Shown: one piece after another, positions 1 to 15,587 of the stretch
How the letters are laid out: the number at the start of each line of letters is the position of its first letter
Numbering within the stretch: the first letter of the stretch is position 1
NCBI RefSeq assembly: GCF_009914755.1
Contig: NC_060940.1
Reading direction: 5' to 3' (one strand)
DNA length: 64,000 nt
Origin: the human T2T-CHM13v2.0 reference genome, Homo sapiens
The notes under the pieces: model-generated
Databases searched by the model: none
The model's input: only the letters and a program-made list of their open reading frames with translations
Told to the model about the DNA's origin: nothing
Position numbers and translations under genes: made by a program

Positions 1-50
1 AGCCTGCGTTTGGTTGATGAGCTGCCAGTGACAATGTCATAACAGGTATA

Positions 51-54
<4 letters not shown>

Positions 55-88
<34 letters not shown>

Positions 89-128
89 AGACAGAGAGAG
101 GTGTGTGTGTGTGTGTGTGCATGTGTGT
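55..128. repeat. Compound (TG)n/(GA)n microsatellite
   Basis: Read directly from the sequence. Confidence 0.95.
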
Positions 129-1262
129 AGGAAATGGGGTTAGAATGAAGACACTGTTGTGGTTATAACAGCAAGAGAAAAGACATCCCTGTTTCATTAA
201 TCTATTAGGAATACTAGGAAGGATATATGAGGTTGAGATCTATGTCACAGAAATGAGGATATGAAGTCTACAGATTGTAGGCTTGCCTTCCTAAGTATTA
301 CCCAAGCCAAGATTAATGAAAGCCAGGTTAGGGCCAAATGGCCTTTGCAGTTTCTGGAAAAGATTGAGAGGACTATAAAGTTGGGAAACAGAATAGATTC
401 TACACCTGAATAATCGATTAATGCTCCTTTAATGATTGTGAAGGCAATATGCACAAATTCCAAATCTATCTCAAGAATTCATCAACCAGGCAACAGGGCC
501 CTGTGCCTCAGTAGATAAGTCAGCAGGGTGTGGTTTGCAGGCGATCCTGTTTTACCATAAAACAAGGAGACAGTGATCCATGTTTTATCTCCACACATGT
601 GGCATATGGGAAAAGGGCTCAATAGAGCTTCCTGTCAAAGTGTATCAGCTTGAGGATCGGAGAAAGGGGAAATTATATGCAATAATATCAAAAAGAAAGG
701 GAAGGTTTGTCCCTCAATCAATCAGCCAAATATTCTGATAAAGAGGAAAGGTCAAGAGAGTAAAATCAAGATTTAGGCAGCTGAGAAGACCCGATCAGTA
801 GAGCCTCTTCTATGTGGAACTGAAGATTTCCTGAAATTTGTAATTCTGCTTCTGTAGCTTTTGTTTCTCAGAAGCCACTAATATTTTTCCATTGTTTATG
901 AAAATGTCCAGATATATCAGCAATAATTTTTACACATCACAACCTCTGCTGACATATACCTCTTGGGAAGATGAGCTGAAGACACATGAGACAGTTAAAT
1001 GGTGTTTCAAGGCTTAAAATAGTGCATTATAATTTTGTAGCTGTCTCTACCCCCACATTTCAGAATGTATAGAAGCTGGGCCACATTCTTTATATTCTCA
1101 GTGCCTGTTCAGGGACCAGGAACTTGGCAGGTGTTTGATAAATGCTCATTGAATAAATAGATTTATTAAATAAGAAATTCACAGTAAAAGTTCAGTTGTA
1201 TTTTGAGAGGTCAGAAAAAGGGGACTGAACAATGAGCTGGAGCCATTATTGTTAAAACATGA

Positions 1263-1605
1263 GGCCAGGCGCAGTGGCTCACGCCTGTAATCCCAGCACT
1301 TTGGGAGGCCGAGGCGGGCAGATCACGAGGTCAAGAGATTGAGACCATCCTGGCCAACATGGTGAAACCCCATCTCTACTAAAAATACAAAAATTAGCCG
1401 GGTGTGGTGGCGCGTGCCTGTAATCCCAGCTACTCGGGAGGCTGAGGCAAGAGAATCGCTTGAACTCAAGAGGCAAGAGGTTGCACTGAGCTGAGATCGT
1501 GCCACTGTACTCTAGCCTGGTGACAGAGCAAGACTCTGTCAAAAATAAATAAATACATACATAAAATAAAAACAAAAAAAACACCAAAAAACCAAAACAA
1601 ACAGA
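1263..1605 (+). mobile_element. Alu (AluSc-like) with A-rich tail
   Basis: GGCCAGGCGCAGTGGCTCACGCC start, GATCACGAGGTCAAGAG diagnostic, dimeric structure, A tail. Confidence 0.95.
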
Positions 1606-1614
1606 AGAACACAT

Positions 1615-1840
1615 GGTGTGGCAGAGTAGTTAGGGACAAGGTGCTCAAAAAACAACTGCCCAGGTACCATTCCTGGTTTTACCACTTAAGAGCTGTGTGA
1701 ATTTGAGCAATTTACTTAATGCCTTTGCCTTAATTTCCTCATCATCTATAAAAATGGTGAAGACAATATTATCTAGCTCAAGAGGTTGTTATGAGGAGCA
1801 AATAAAGCAATTAATATAAAATATATGGTCAGCACACATA
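1615..1840 (+). mobile_element. MIR SINE fragment
   Basis: MIR core-like ACCACTT..AGCTGTGTGA..TTACTTAA..TTTCCTCATC. Confidence 0.7.
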
Positions 1841-2107
1841 GAATTCCACCGTAATTACTCCTAGGGATGTTTTCCAAAAACACTCAGCATGCATTTATAC
1901 AGATTCACCCAATAGATGCTTAAATTTTTATTTAAGTGCCAGGGACTAAGCTCATCAATTTCATAGGCTTCATTTCATTTAATCCTGGATGACTATTTTT
2001 TAAATATTTCAAATATGTCGAAAGTGTTCTCACCTCAGGGCCTTCGCATAAATGCTTCCTTCTCAGAGAGATGTTCTCAAACTACACTGTTAAAAAGCAC
2101 CCACTCT

Positions 2108-2467
<360 letters not shown>

Positions 2468-2519
2468 CTACTCCTACTCTCCCTTTCTCTTCCGCTATTT
2501 TGCTTTATTTTCCTTTGTG

Positions 2520-2698
2520 GCAATTCTCATCTGAAATAATATGAAATAGTGGCATGATTGTTGTCTGTCTATCCTACTAGTATGTAAACTCTATGAGGAC
2601 AGGGACCTCATCTTGTTCACTGTTGTGTCCCTGGGGCTAGATCAGTGCCTGACATATTGTGGACATTCCATGAATACTTAACAAATGAATGAATGAAA
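2520..2698 (+). mobile_element. L2 3' end
   Basis: TGTAAACTCTATGAGGACAGGGAC...CAGTGCCTGAC...AATGAATGAATGAA terminus. Confidence 0.75.
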
Positions 2699-2719
2699 GT
2701 TCTATCGTCACCATTTTAC

Positions 2720-3174
2720 TTTATTTATTTTTAAATTTTTAACTTTTATTTTAGGTTCAAGGTACATGTGCAGGTTTGTTATATAGGTAAATTGAGTGTT
2801 AGGAGGTTTGGTGTTCGAATTATTTCATCACCCAGGTTATAAGCATAGTACCCTATAGGTGGTTTCTCATTTCACACCCTCCTCTGACTCTCCATCCTCA
2901 CATAGGTCCTGGTGTCTGTTGTTCCCTTCTTTGTGTCCATGTGTATTCAGTGTTTCACTCCCACTTATTAGTGAGAGCACACTGTATTTCATTTTCTGCT
3001 CCTACTTTAGTTCACCTAGGATAATGGCCTTCAGCTCCATCCATGTGGCTGTAAAGAACACGATCTTGATCTTTTTTATGGCTGCATAGTATTCCATGGT
3101 GTATATGTGTCATATTTTCTTTATCCAGTCCATCACTGATGAGTTTTTAAGTAGATTCTATGTCTTTGCTATTG
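2720..3174 (-). mobile_element. 5'-truncated L1 (older L1PA/L1PB 3' end)
   Basis: GGTACATGTGCAGGTTTGTTA and ATGGCTGCATAGTATTCCATGG motifs; TSD TATC(G/A)TCACCATTTTAC at 2703 and 3175. Confidence 0.9.
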
Positions 3175-3499
3175 TATCATCACCATTTTACACTTCTCAA
3201 AAGACTGAAGTGACTTTACCATCATAATATACAAGCAAAAGGGGTTGAATTAGGATTTGAACTCATGATTGAGAGGTCCAGAGCTCTTTCCACCACACCT
3301 TTGTGGTTAAATATTTAGAGACTTCTTCTGGCTAATATGGTGAACTAGAGCTAATTGAATACAGACCTTTTGCATAAGGAGCTGTGGCAAATTGTTGAAG
3401 AAAAGATTTTAAAGGCAGAATTAATGAAATTGATAGTAAAAATGGATGACCTTGTTAGAGTCGTATTTGGAGTTAGCCAAGCTAGAGGTTAAGAATATA

Positions 3500-4212
3500 A
3501 TCTTTTAGGCTGCCAAGTCGACCTAAGACTTCTGACACCAGCAACAAGTGTGGGGGCCCTCAACCCCATCCTCATTTCAGATCAGCTGTCTACAAATTCG
3601 GGAGCTCACAAGGTCACCGTCAGGTGCAATACCAGAGGGACTTGCAAAACTCAGGAAAGAGTAATACTTACAATTATGTTTAATTATAGTGAAACGATAC
3701 GTATTACAACCAACCAAGGAAGAAATGCAGAAGCAGAATCTGGTGGGGAATGGGGGTCCCAAATGCAGAGCTTCTGTCATTTTTAGAGATGTCTTATCCT
3801 CCCAACATCAATATATGCCAATATGTGTGTAGTGTTGCCAATCCAGGAAGCTCACCCAAGTCTCTATGTCCAGAGTTTTTATTGGGACTTTTATTGGAGT
3901 CAATAACTTAATCATGACTGATTGAATTAATGCCCACATGACTGAACTCAAATTCTGGTTTTCCTTTCCTCCCTAGAGGTTAGACTAACATGGGAGTCAA
4001 AGCTCCAGCCCTCTGATTGCATGGTTGGTCTTTGTGGCATAGCCAATTCCCACCTTGAACCGTCTTGTTAAGATGAACTACTAAGTGTCATCTGAGGGTC
4101 CAAGCACAAATTCCTATCATTCAGGAAATTCTAAGGATCTAGGTGTTACTTCCCAGGAGCCAGAAGAAAAGTTAGGCCTCCTTTCTTTAGAGGCCAAATT
4201 CCTTACTTCACA
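3500..4212. mobile_element. MER21-family LTR relic
   Basis: TTCTGACACC and AACTCAGGAAAG..TACTTAC motifs shared with the element at 37905-38743. Confidence 0.6.
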
Positions 4213-4261
4213 AGATGTCTTTCCAATTTGGGGGGATTTAAGTTAAACTCATACTTTTTAA

Positions 4262-4480
4262 CTAGGAGTGATTATAACTCCCACCCAGAGGCATTTATCA
4301 AGGTATAGAGACATTTTTAGTTGTCACAGCTGGGGGTGGGGTGTGCTACTGAAATCTAGTGGATGACGTCAGAGATGCTGCTAGATATTATACAATGCAC
4401 AAGGCAGCCTCCTTCCTCCAACAGCAAAGAGATAGCTGCCCCAAAGTATCTGTACTGGTGAGGCCGAAAAACTCTCTGTT
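4262..4480. mobile_element. MER20 (hAT-Charlie) DNA transposon
   Basis: GAGACATTTTTAGTTGTCACAGCTGGGG...GCTACT...GATGCTGCTA...ACAATGCACA. Confidence 0.75.
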
Positions 4481-5184
4481 AGAGTAAATCCAGAAATCAG
4501 CATAGACATGTATGGCTTGCATAGATCAGAATGTATGCAGATGAATTTTATCATCTTGCATGCTGTTTTGTTCCTGTAAACTAAGTGTGCTCTGATGAGG
4601 CTGTTCTTATGGATAAAGTATCCAATAATCTGCTTATAAATGTGGTTGTCACTCCAGGCTCCAAATATCTAATGTTGTCTACCCTGACACAGTCTAGGTC
4701 AGAGTAACTCATAGGTATAAAAGTGCTACTGGTGTATACTCAGTTATTTTAGAAGCTACGTGAACAGGGCATTGAGTAACACTGAATCACGTAGTAAAGA
4801 AGCTTTTCACATGTTACTTCTCTTTCTGTCTGATTATACCAAGGAGAATGTTTCCATTTGGCTAATATAGCTTGAATACCTCTCTATCATTAGCATATCA
4901 TCCTCTTTTTTATAAAGGGAAAGTGAGTCTCAGACTTAGGCCCTTCATCCACAATAATATCTGCATTAAATTTTTTAAAATGTGTTTTGTTTCTGTTTCT
5001 GACACAATTTGTACTTACCATCTGTTTATGGCAGGGGTACCAGTGAAGATATAGCAAGTCTTCTTTATGGAAGATATAGCAAGTCTCCTTATGCAAATAA
5101 TTTTTCTCAGGGAGTATATACTCTACTTTAAATGAGAATTTTTTATATAAAAATCATTCAATTTGAAGAAGATATTAAGTGAGT

Positions 5185-5900
5185 GTGATAGAAATGTCTA
5201 GTGCTCACTCATATTTGGTTCTTTCCTTCCTTCTGGGCACTCAAGAGGACTGTATTTCTCATATTCCTTAGAGTTAGACAGAGCCTTGACATTATCCCTG
5301 GCTAAGAGGCTGCAGGCAAGAGAAAGCCCATATTACCTCCCAACTATTTATTATTCAGCCACAGTCAATCAAGAAGTTGTGTGTTGAGATAATTGCTTCC
5401 CATTCTGGTAGAGTTTCCTCAAGGGACTATACACAGCAGAGCCTCCTGCCAACCAAGAGTGGACATGTGGCACGAACAATAAACAAACACTTGCATTCAG
5501 CAACTGACACTTATGCACTAATTTGTTATCCCAGAGTAATCTAGCCTTCTTTGTAACACAGAAATTAGTACCATGAGTGGGGTGATTTTATAACAAAATC
5601 CTAAAACATTTAGCATTCACTTAGCAGGGTAGGTGAGGAGAAAGGAAACTTCTGCTAAAGGCTACTAACATGGTGATCTCTGTTTAGCAAATGCTTGGTA
5701 AAACTGTCCCTTGTGATAACTTTGGAGGCAGGCCACATGTCTGATTAACTTGGAGCTCTAGGGGAAAAGTTGGAAAATGCGACATTAGGAGTGTGTGTTG
5801 GTTGATATTGGCTGCGTGTGGCAATACATTACATGAAAGCAATGAGCTAGGAAAAAAATTGGCCAGTTTGCAGTCAGAAATGAAGGAAAAGAGAGAGCTT
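5185..5900 (+). mobile_element. MLT1 (MaLR) LTR plus start of internal sequence
   Basis: LTR end ...AATCTAGCC..TAACACA followed by GAAATTAGTACC..GAGTGGGGTG. Confidence 0.55.
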
Positions 5901-7089
5901 CCAGAAATTGTTTGCATAGTGATGGAACAGGAGATATCTAGATCTGGCAAAAAATGAAACACTTTCATGGTAGCACTGTACCAAAGCAGCACTTTCTAAT
6001 GAGGATTTACTGTTAAATGAGAATCCTCCCGTATCAGAAAGGTATTTCTTCAATATCAGTCATTAATGTCTTCCTGGAGTTCATCTTGAATCAGAATTAT
6101 GGGATCTTCAAGAGAGAAAAAGTCCTCAAGGGACTGATTTTGCAGTCCCCTGATGAATAGGGATAGAACATAGGGTTAGGATGTTTAGCCATGAGAGCTA
6201 AGAGAAGAGCCTGGGAACAAATTTGGAAGGAAAGGCAGACCCCACAAATGGTACCAATGGGAGATTTGGGACAGCCAGCGTTATGACAAGGACTGTCTGT
6301 ACAGGGCAGAGAGGAACTTCCTACATGAATTTTCATAATTCAGGTAACAGCAACAGGATTCTAGAATCTGTTTCATTAGGAAGGATTATAGGTGAGTTGG
6401 ATGCATGGGTCAAAGAAATAAGCCAAGATGGCCCGTCGCACATGTCTCCAGTAGAGAGCTGATTATCACACTGCATCCCATGTCTGTGCTCACTTGTTGT
6501 TCAACCTCACTAGTTTGGATGTCACTTGAAAGCAGGGCTACTGCCTTTTTATCTCTGTGTGGCCAGTTCCCAGCACAGGACCTCATCCAGCATAGTGGGG
6601 CTGCATTATAGTTCCAAAGATGAATAACTAAATGAATGGAAGTGAATGAAAGAAGTATAAATTGAGCAAGTGGCTGAGTCAGGGACCAGGGTTTATATTT
6701 TGTCAACAGGAAGGGGAGTTGTTGGGGGGCACAGGATTGGTCGGAACTAACAGTAAGAAACCAGGAGACTGGTTGTGGGAATTCAGAGGACTTTCATTTA
6801 TTCTTCCGTTGTTTTCAGTCATGCAACGAACATTTTTTCTCGGCATTTACTGTGTACCAGGCATTGTCCTACATTCTGGGGATATCGTGATGAACCAAAG
6901 AGACATCATGGTTGCCCTTATAGCACTTGCAGCCTAGAAGACTTTATTTTACACATGAGAAAACTGAATCCCAGAGAGGCTATGAGATTTTTCCAGGTCA
7001 ACAGAGTCAAATATTGACAAAGTCAGGAAAGGAGACAATATCCTGACTCCCTACTTTTGAGCATTTAACATTACACCAAGGATCACAAG

Positions 7090-7395
7090 CAGTGATCCTG
7101 GAGGCAAATTGGGTCCTCACAACATCGTGTTTGGCTTACAGTATTTTAAAAATTGGGAAACCTCAAACATCAACTTTAGTTTCTGAAAATCACCAGAAGA
7201 TCTGGCAACCAAGCCTCCTCATGGAAAAAAAAAAAAAAATCACTACCAAACAAAACAAAACAAACTGGCTGAAGCTAAGTAGCAGGCAGTGGTTTAGTTT
7301 CAATACAGTCACCCTGTTCTTGATCATCTTTCAGTTGGCCCAGCTCATTTGTTTTTGTTACCTGCCTGGCTCCTGCCACTATGTGACTTTGCAAT
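7090..7395. mobile_element. MER102-like hAT relic
   Basis: GAAGATCTGGCAAC and CTCATTT..GTTACCTGCCTGG motifs; related to 9555-9880. Confidence 0.55.
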
Positions 7396-8899
7396 CCCTG
7401 CTCTATACTCTGTTACCTCTAATTTCCTCATCTTGATGCTGAGGATTCTTCAAGCCTTCTAACAAACGATAAAAAACATCATATTCCCGTCCTGCAAGTG
7501 GATGCTGCCAGTTACTCGTCTTTTCTCTCTCATCTGCTACCCCCCGATCCACCCCCTCAATCAATCCCTGCTTCCAAACAGTGATATGAATGTCCAGGGG
7601 GGCAGTGGGGTTCATGCATCCCTGCACCCCTAGACCTCAAGTAGCAGCATTGACTTATAAGGAAGGGCACCATCATTTAGTATTTTCACGTCCCAATCAT
7701 TCTGGTCTCTAAGTTCATTCATTATGTATGCAAAAATGGTAATATGCTGGTATTTTAATGCTCTTAAGCATACAATATTCTTATTAATCCAAGTGCCTTT
7801 TTTACATCCGTAATTGAATGGTTTACTTTATTATTGCTTTATGGTAACGACTCTGCATTTTCATTTTTCTATAGGGTGCCTAATTTTAACAGGAGGGCAA
7901 TCAGAGTAAGAGGGCTGGCTGTACTAATTGCCTTCATTATAAGAACAGCTAGCATTCTGGCAACAGAGTGATGGGGACTGGCAATGGATTGGAAACACAC
8001 AGGGAGGGCGGCGGGTCCGTCTGGCTCCTGGGATCTAGAACACCACTTCTTATCAAAACAGATCCCAGATCTGCACAACGTTGCCTCTTTCCCTCAGTGG
8101 TGATGGTTTGAACATTAACATGGATCGAGGGCTATTTATATCAGTTTGTATATTTAATCAGTTTTTTTGCAGTTTTCAGTGAGATGTGAACTCTATCCCT
8201 GTCCAAGCCGTTTGGTTCAAATCAGCTGAGACAGAGAATAATCAAGATTTATGATTCTCATTCTGACTCGCATCACACAGCCACCACAATTGCTACTTGC
8301 CAGCTGCCTACCCCATCCCCAGCCTGACTGACACCCACTTCACTTTCTCTCCAGCGAGTGATTTAATGTCCATCTTGAAAACTGTCAAAACACTTCTGGT
8401 GCTCCAGATAACAGCTGTGTGGTTTCTGTGCTTCCCCTAAACACCGCCCCCCCTACCAAATACACTCGGATCCCACCTGTCTTGCCTTCCAAAGGATTTG
8501 CATGTCTAAAGCCCAGGGCATGCAGAGCTTCTGGAAAAAGGTGTCAAAAGCCCAGAGAACACAGTGGCAGTCACCTTTGACAGTTGACAGTGGGAACAGA
8601 GAGATGACTTGAGTCAAACTGGGATAATTTTATATTGCTTGATCTTGGCCTCAGTGGAAGGTAAATGTGCAAAAAGGAGAGTGTCTAGGGCCACAGCTCT
8701 TGCATCTATTTAAAGAAGTGCTGTTGTCTGTGGGGCACGAGAATTATAGATATACGAAGAGGCATTAGTACATTGTGTCTCCCCTCCCTAAGCAAAAATC
8801 AATGTCCTAAGAGAAAAAGCTCTGACCATTCCCACAGCCAAACGAGAGATGATCAGAAAGAGCAGCGCTGTGACAGCCGGAGGACTGAGGCTTTGCATT

Positions 8900-9210
8900 T
8901 CTAAGAACTTGAACCTGCATCAGAATCATCTGCAGGGCTTCACAAACACAGTTTGTTGAAACTGCATGTTGAAAGCACCCCTAGGTGATGCTGGTGCTGC
9001 TGCTCTGGGAAACACACTTTGAGAACCTCTCATGTCATGATTAAGAGCTTTGCTACTCTCAAGGTGTGGTTCATGAACCAGCAACATCAGCATCACCTGG
9101 GAGCTTGCTGGAAATGAATCTCAAGCCTCATCCCAGACCTTCTAAACCAGAATCTGCCTTCAAGTAGATCTTTAGGTGATCCGTGTGCAGGTTCAAGTGT
9201 GAGAAGCCCG
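8900..9210. mobile_element. Two MER5-family elements
   Basis: GCATCAGAATCA..CTAGGTGATGCTG..ACACTTTGAGAACC; CAGCATCACCTGGGAGCTTG. Confidence 0.75.
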
Positions 9211-9554
9211 GGCTGAGAACACAAACTCCAGGACCCACATTGTTTAGGTTCAAGCCCAATCTCTACATGTATTAGTTTTGCAAATTTTGGTGAATTAATG
9301 ATCTATGCCTCAGTTTCCATATATGTAAAATGGGGATGGTTGGTAAGAATGGTTCTTGCCTCATAAAGGAATAGATGCATCCATGCATATAAGGCCCTTT
9401 CCACAGTTCCTGTCATGCTGTAAGCACTTCTTAAATGTGATTGTTAATATTTGAACATTTGGAGTTTGAAACATCAAAACAGCCCCGAGTGAGGTAATGA
9501 TCACTGCAAACACATACATGGTGAATTTAATTTTAGTAGAGTTGCACCATAGTC

Positions 9555-9880
9555 AGCTATGGGCCAAATTTGTCTGGCAGATTTATTTTATGTGGTGATT
9601 TTTAAAAAGGAGTTTGTTGTCAATTTTTATATATGGGCGATTTTACATACATGTCTGATTTTCATCTTCCTTCGAAAAGTTAAAAGATCTGTCCACACTG
9701 GACCTGCATTCCTGCCCAGCAGTGATCAGCCTGCATCATTAGATGGATGAGATGGGACAGACATTCTTTCCTGTTGACTTCTGTCCTCCCCATTCCCTAT
9801 TATCTTACACTCAACCCACTTTACTCATTTGTGTTACCTGTCCGCCATTGTAGATATTTGAGGTAGCAATTACTGCATCC
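9555..9880. mobile_element. MER102-like hAT relic
   Basis: AAAGATCTGTCCACACTGGACCTGCATTCC..ACTCATTTGTGTTACCTG. Confidence 0.6.
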
Positions 9881-9960
9881 TATTATTTAGTTTCACTGAA
9901 AAAGATAGGATGTGGTCATTCATGAATACAACAGAGACCCACAGAGATGTGAGGCTGTGA

Positions 9961-10660
<700 letters not shown>

Positions 10661-10839
10661 AAGTTCTCTTCTCAGCAAAATTGTAAATACCTTTTGGGTG
10701 AATCTCAGTGGAAATTAAGGAAATCTAAATCTAAAATGTTAGTGGTGGGTGATTTGTATTGGTTCACTCTTCATCTGCAATTACATAGTGGACACTTACT
10801 GAAAATTGGGGGAGGGGACATATTCATAATCCCATGCTC

Positions 10840-11040
10840 TAAATCAAGGGCCCACAGACTTTTTCTATAAGAGCAGATAGCAAACATTTTAAGCTTTGTG
10901 GTCCAGGAGGCCACCTGCTCTACCTTTGTAGCATGAAAGTAGTCCCAGACTATGTGGAAATGGAGGAGTGTGTCTGTATTTACAGGCTGTACAGACAGGC
11001 AGCAGGTCAAAATCTGGCTTGTGGTTGTTAGTCAATTCAA
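10840..11040. mobile_element. MER58-like hAT relic
   Basis: ACTTTTTCTATAAGAGCAGATAGCAAACATTTTAAGCTTTGTGG. Confidence 0.6.
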
Positions 11041-11072
11041 AGGTCCATTTTTTGCACACAGAATTTTCTTCC

Positions 11073-11473
<401 letters not shown>

Positions 11474-11798
11474 TCAGTGTACATACCATTTGCTATTTCT
11501 TTTTTTTCCTTACCTCACTGGATTTCTTAAGCATTTTTTCATGTTTTTAAAGCATCGTAATGATTTTCATTGTTAATGGCTGCAGATTATGTCATCTTGA
11601 TGCACCATTTGTACCACTTACTTTCCCATAAAACTATTTTTATCTGTAGGTATAAGTATGGTGACTATATATACATAAATATATGTTTTTTATATATATA
11701 TATATTTCTGCCTCAAACATTGGCACAACTGCTCTGATAAGAAGAAGGTTATTCAAATAGATAGAAGAATAGAATTAAAACAATTTTTTACTGTCTTA

Positions 11799-12099
11799 AA
11801 TTTTTTTTTTAAGACAGGGTCTCACTCTGTCACCCAGGCTAGAGTGCAATGGCATGATCATAGCCCACTGCAACCTCAAACTCCTGAGCTCAAATGATCC
11901 TCCCACCTCTACCTCCCAAGTAGCTAGTACTAGAGGCACACACCACCAGGCCTGGCTAATTTTTTTATTTTATTTTTTTGTAGAGATGGGGCCTTGTTAT
12001 GTTGGCCAGGCTGGTCTCAAACTCCCGGCCTCAAGTGTTCCTCTTGTCTCAGCCTCCTAATGTGCTGGGATTTATAGACATGAGCCATCCCACCTGGCC
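11799..12099 (-). mobile_element. AluJ
   Basis: Antisense Alu with ATGATCATAGCCCACTGC J-type features. Confidence 0.92.
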
Positions 12100-12338
12100 A
12101 ATAATTTAATGTGCATAAAGGAGCTCTCCTACCTAGTCTTTATCTCTGATTTTCTGGTTGATATAGCAGAGTGGGGTAGAATGTACATGATGTTTGCTGC
12201 AAGACAGAGAGGAGTTTGCACCCTGGCTTGTCACTTATAAGTTGTGTGACCTCAAGAATTATTGAGATTGAGTCTCAGTGTCCTCATCAGAAAATGCTTC
12301 CTCTGTGAGGTCATTCTGGGTATTAAAGACAATGTCAA

Positions 12339-12638
12339 TGGGTGCGGTGGCTCACGCCTGTAATCCCAGCACTTTGGGAGGCTGAGGCAGGTGTATCACT
12401 TGAGATCGGGAGTTTGAGACCAGCCTGGCCAACATGTTGAAACCCTATCTCTACTAAAAATACAAAAATTAGCTGATGTGGTGGCACATGCCTGTAATCC
12501 CAGCTACTTGGGAGGCTGAAGCAGGAGAATCGCTTGAACCCGGAGGTGGAGGTTGCAGTGAGCAGAGATCACACCACTGCACTCCAGCCCAGGCAACAGA
12601 GAGAGACTCCGTCTCAAAAGGAAAAAAAAAAAAAAAAA
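12339..12638 (+). mobile_element. AluS inserted in a MIR
   Basis: Alu consensus; TSD AAAG(A/G)CAATGTC. Confidence 0.95.
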
Positions 12639-12842
12639 GGCAATGTCTGTAAAGCACTTAGCTCAGTGCATGGTATCCAGGACATGTCAGTAAGTGAGAT
12701 CTCTGCTTATCATAATAGTTCATTAGTTATGCTGCCTCATGGCCCAGTTTGATAATCCATCTTCCCTTTAGAACTGTGGCATAAGAGTCCATGTAGGAAG
12801 AACACCCTCTGGCCACTTCATTTGCTTTTAAAACAAGTCTCA

Positions 12843-13137
<295 letters not shown>

Positions 13138-13627
13138 TCATTTACGTAGTGCTTTATGGTTTATAGAACACTTTTAATGATCTTTATCCTTTGTGTAATT
13201 CCAGCCTTAGCCAAATTGACAGAGTGTAATCTAGCACAGGCTGTGGGTCAAGTCCAGCACCCCCATGCTAGGTGAGTAAACCAAAAGCTGGATTATCTAA
13301 GTGACCTGCTAACAGTTGCATGGCCAGCAAAGCACTTGTTTGTGGAATATGACTTATCTTTATTCTGTGGACCTCCCCTCTCCCATTTCATTCTTAGTAA
13401 AGTTACTAATGGGTAAAGTTCCAACTTTTTTTTTTTACTAAATTTCATCCTATCCCCTTAAGACCATGTTGGGTACATGTTGCTTTTATATAGATTTGCA
13501 GAGAATAAAAAATTACATTCCTAAGATACCTCTAATGTATGAGAAGCCATGCCACTTTTTAATAAAAGGACAAATTTTTCCAAGAGGAAAGGACTGTAAC
13601 ATCACCTGATGTTAAGATAGGGCCTAG

Positions 13628-13707
13628 TTAGGTTGGTGCAAAAGTAACTGCGGTTTTTGCCTTTCAACATAATGGCAAAACCCACAATTACTTTTGCACC
13701 AATCTAA
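13628..13707. mobile_element. Made1 (Hsmar1-derived MITE)
   Basis: 80-bp palindrome TTAGGTTGGTGCAAAAGTAA...TTACTTTTGCACCAATCTAA, followed by TA. Confidence 0.95.
13631..13704 (+). ncRNA. MIR548W: pre-miR-548w; mature sequence 13640-13662 AAAAGTAACTGCGGTTTTTGCCT
   Basis: Made1 hairpin; the mature sequence matches miR-548w as I recall it; the miR-548 family is known to derive from Made1. Confidence 0.85.
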
Positions 13708-14095
13708 TAGGTTGATTGCCAAGTCTCCTTGCACTTTCCATCATCTATTACCGTTTCATTCGTACGCTGGGTCTCACATCTGATATCCAACATGCTCCTC
13801 AGAACACTCGTGCTCTTCTTTTGAAGGGATATTTTATGGGATTATTCAGATCTACAGGCCACAAAAGCCAGCAATCCCAGAAACTCCAGCCACTTTGTTT
13901 GAAACAGAGTTTAGGTCTCAGAAGAACTGGAACGCTGCCACGCAAAGGAGTTTTTGATTGGCTTGTGATGTGCCACTGGTTCTTTATTAGAGGGTACAGA
14001 GGGCTGATGAAGTCAACTATTTGGCAAATGCTAAAGGCTAGGGCAGGCTCCTATGCCTCTGCAACATTGATTGATGTCACATCATGGGATCGTAG

Positions 14096-14600
<505 letters not shown>

Positions 14601-14694
14601 GGAAACAACATCGTTTTTGAGAAACCTCCCTAGTTTCTCCTTAGGGTGATAACCAGGACCAATGCTTGGATTTCAAAAGCCAATATACTAGGGC

Positions 14695-15180
14695 TTAGTC
14701 AGAAAGGATGCATTTGGTCACAACAGAAAGCTCTGGTGCATCAGTTTACACCATAAGAATAGTTCGTTATTGCACCTAGGAGGAAGTTTGGAAGGTAGAG
14801 TGGCTCCAAGGTTGGGTAATTCAGTAGCTCAATGATGTCACCAATGATCTGGTTATTCCTATCTTTCTCCTTTGCTATTATCTTATGTCAGTTTTCCATG
14901 CAGGCTAGCTTTGCCCCATAGTCATGAAACAGATACAGCAATATTAGGCATCACCTCCAGAATCAACTCTCTCCAGAAGAACAAGAATATGGAAAAACAA
15001 GATATGACATCACTTTTTGGTACCCCTGTGTCTGAGAAAGGAAACCTTTCCCAGAAGCTCCCCAGCTGATTTCTGCTCATGTCATTTCTCCAGAATTTGA
15101 TTACACGTCCAGCCCCGCATGAAACACTGGCAAGAGAAGTGGGGTCGTCATAATTGTTTTGGACCAATCAGATGTACGCT
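14695..15180. mobile_element. Old ERVL/MaLR LTR relic (MLT1K/L- or LTR33-like)
   Basis: TTAGTCAG..GCTCAATGATGTCACC..CTTTCCCAGAAGC..GCTCATGTCATT. Confidence 0.5.
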
Positions 15181-15587
15181 CTGAGTCTGATATGAGAAAT
15201 GGCACTGGTGCTCAAGCTATCAAAGAAGAAAGAGCCACCAGGAACTTCCGCTGTGTAGGGCAAAGTGGAAGGGAGATGTCCTCATGGGACATTTAAATGA
15301 TAAATGCTAAACCTTTTGCGTGCACATGAATCCGTAGGCTAAGCATTTGGAAAATCCCATAGGACTCATGATAGACCTCTGAAGCAATGAATCTTTATTC
15401 ATAAGGCAGTACTTTCTGTTTCTTCAGAGTACCCCTGCTTATAAATATCTACTGCCGAAGTCCCAACTGCAGACCTTTGGACTATGAAGAAATATTTATT
15501 TTACTTCTTAAAATAAAACTTAAAGTAAAATCTGTTTCACTTGTCAAAAACAAAAGTAAAACTCTGAACTGGGGATTACTTTGGACT

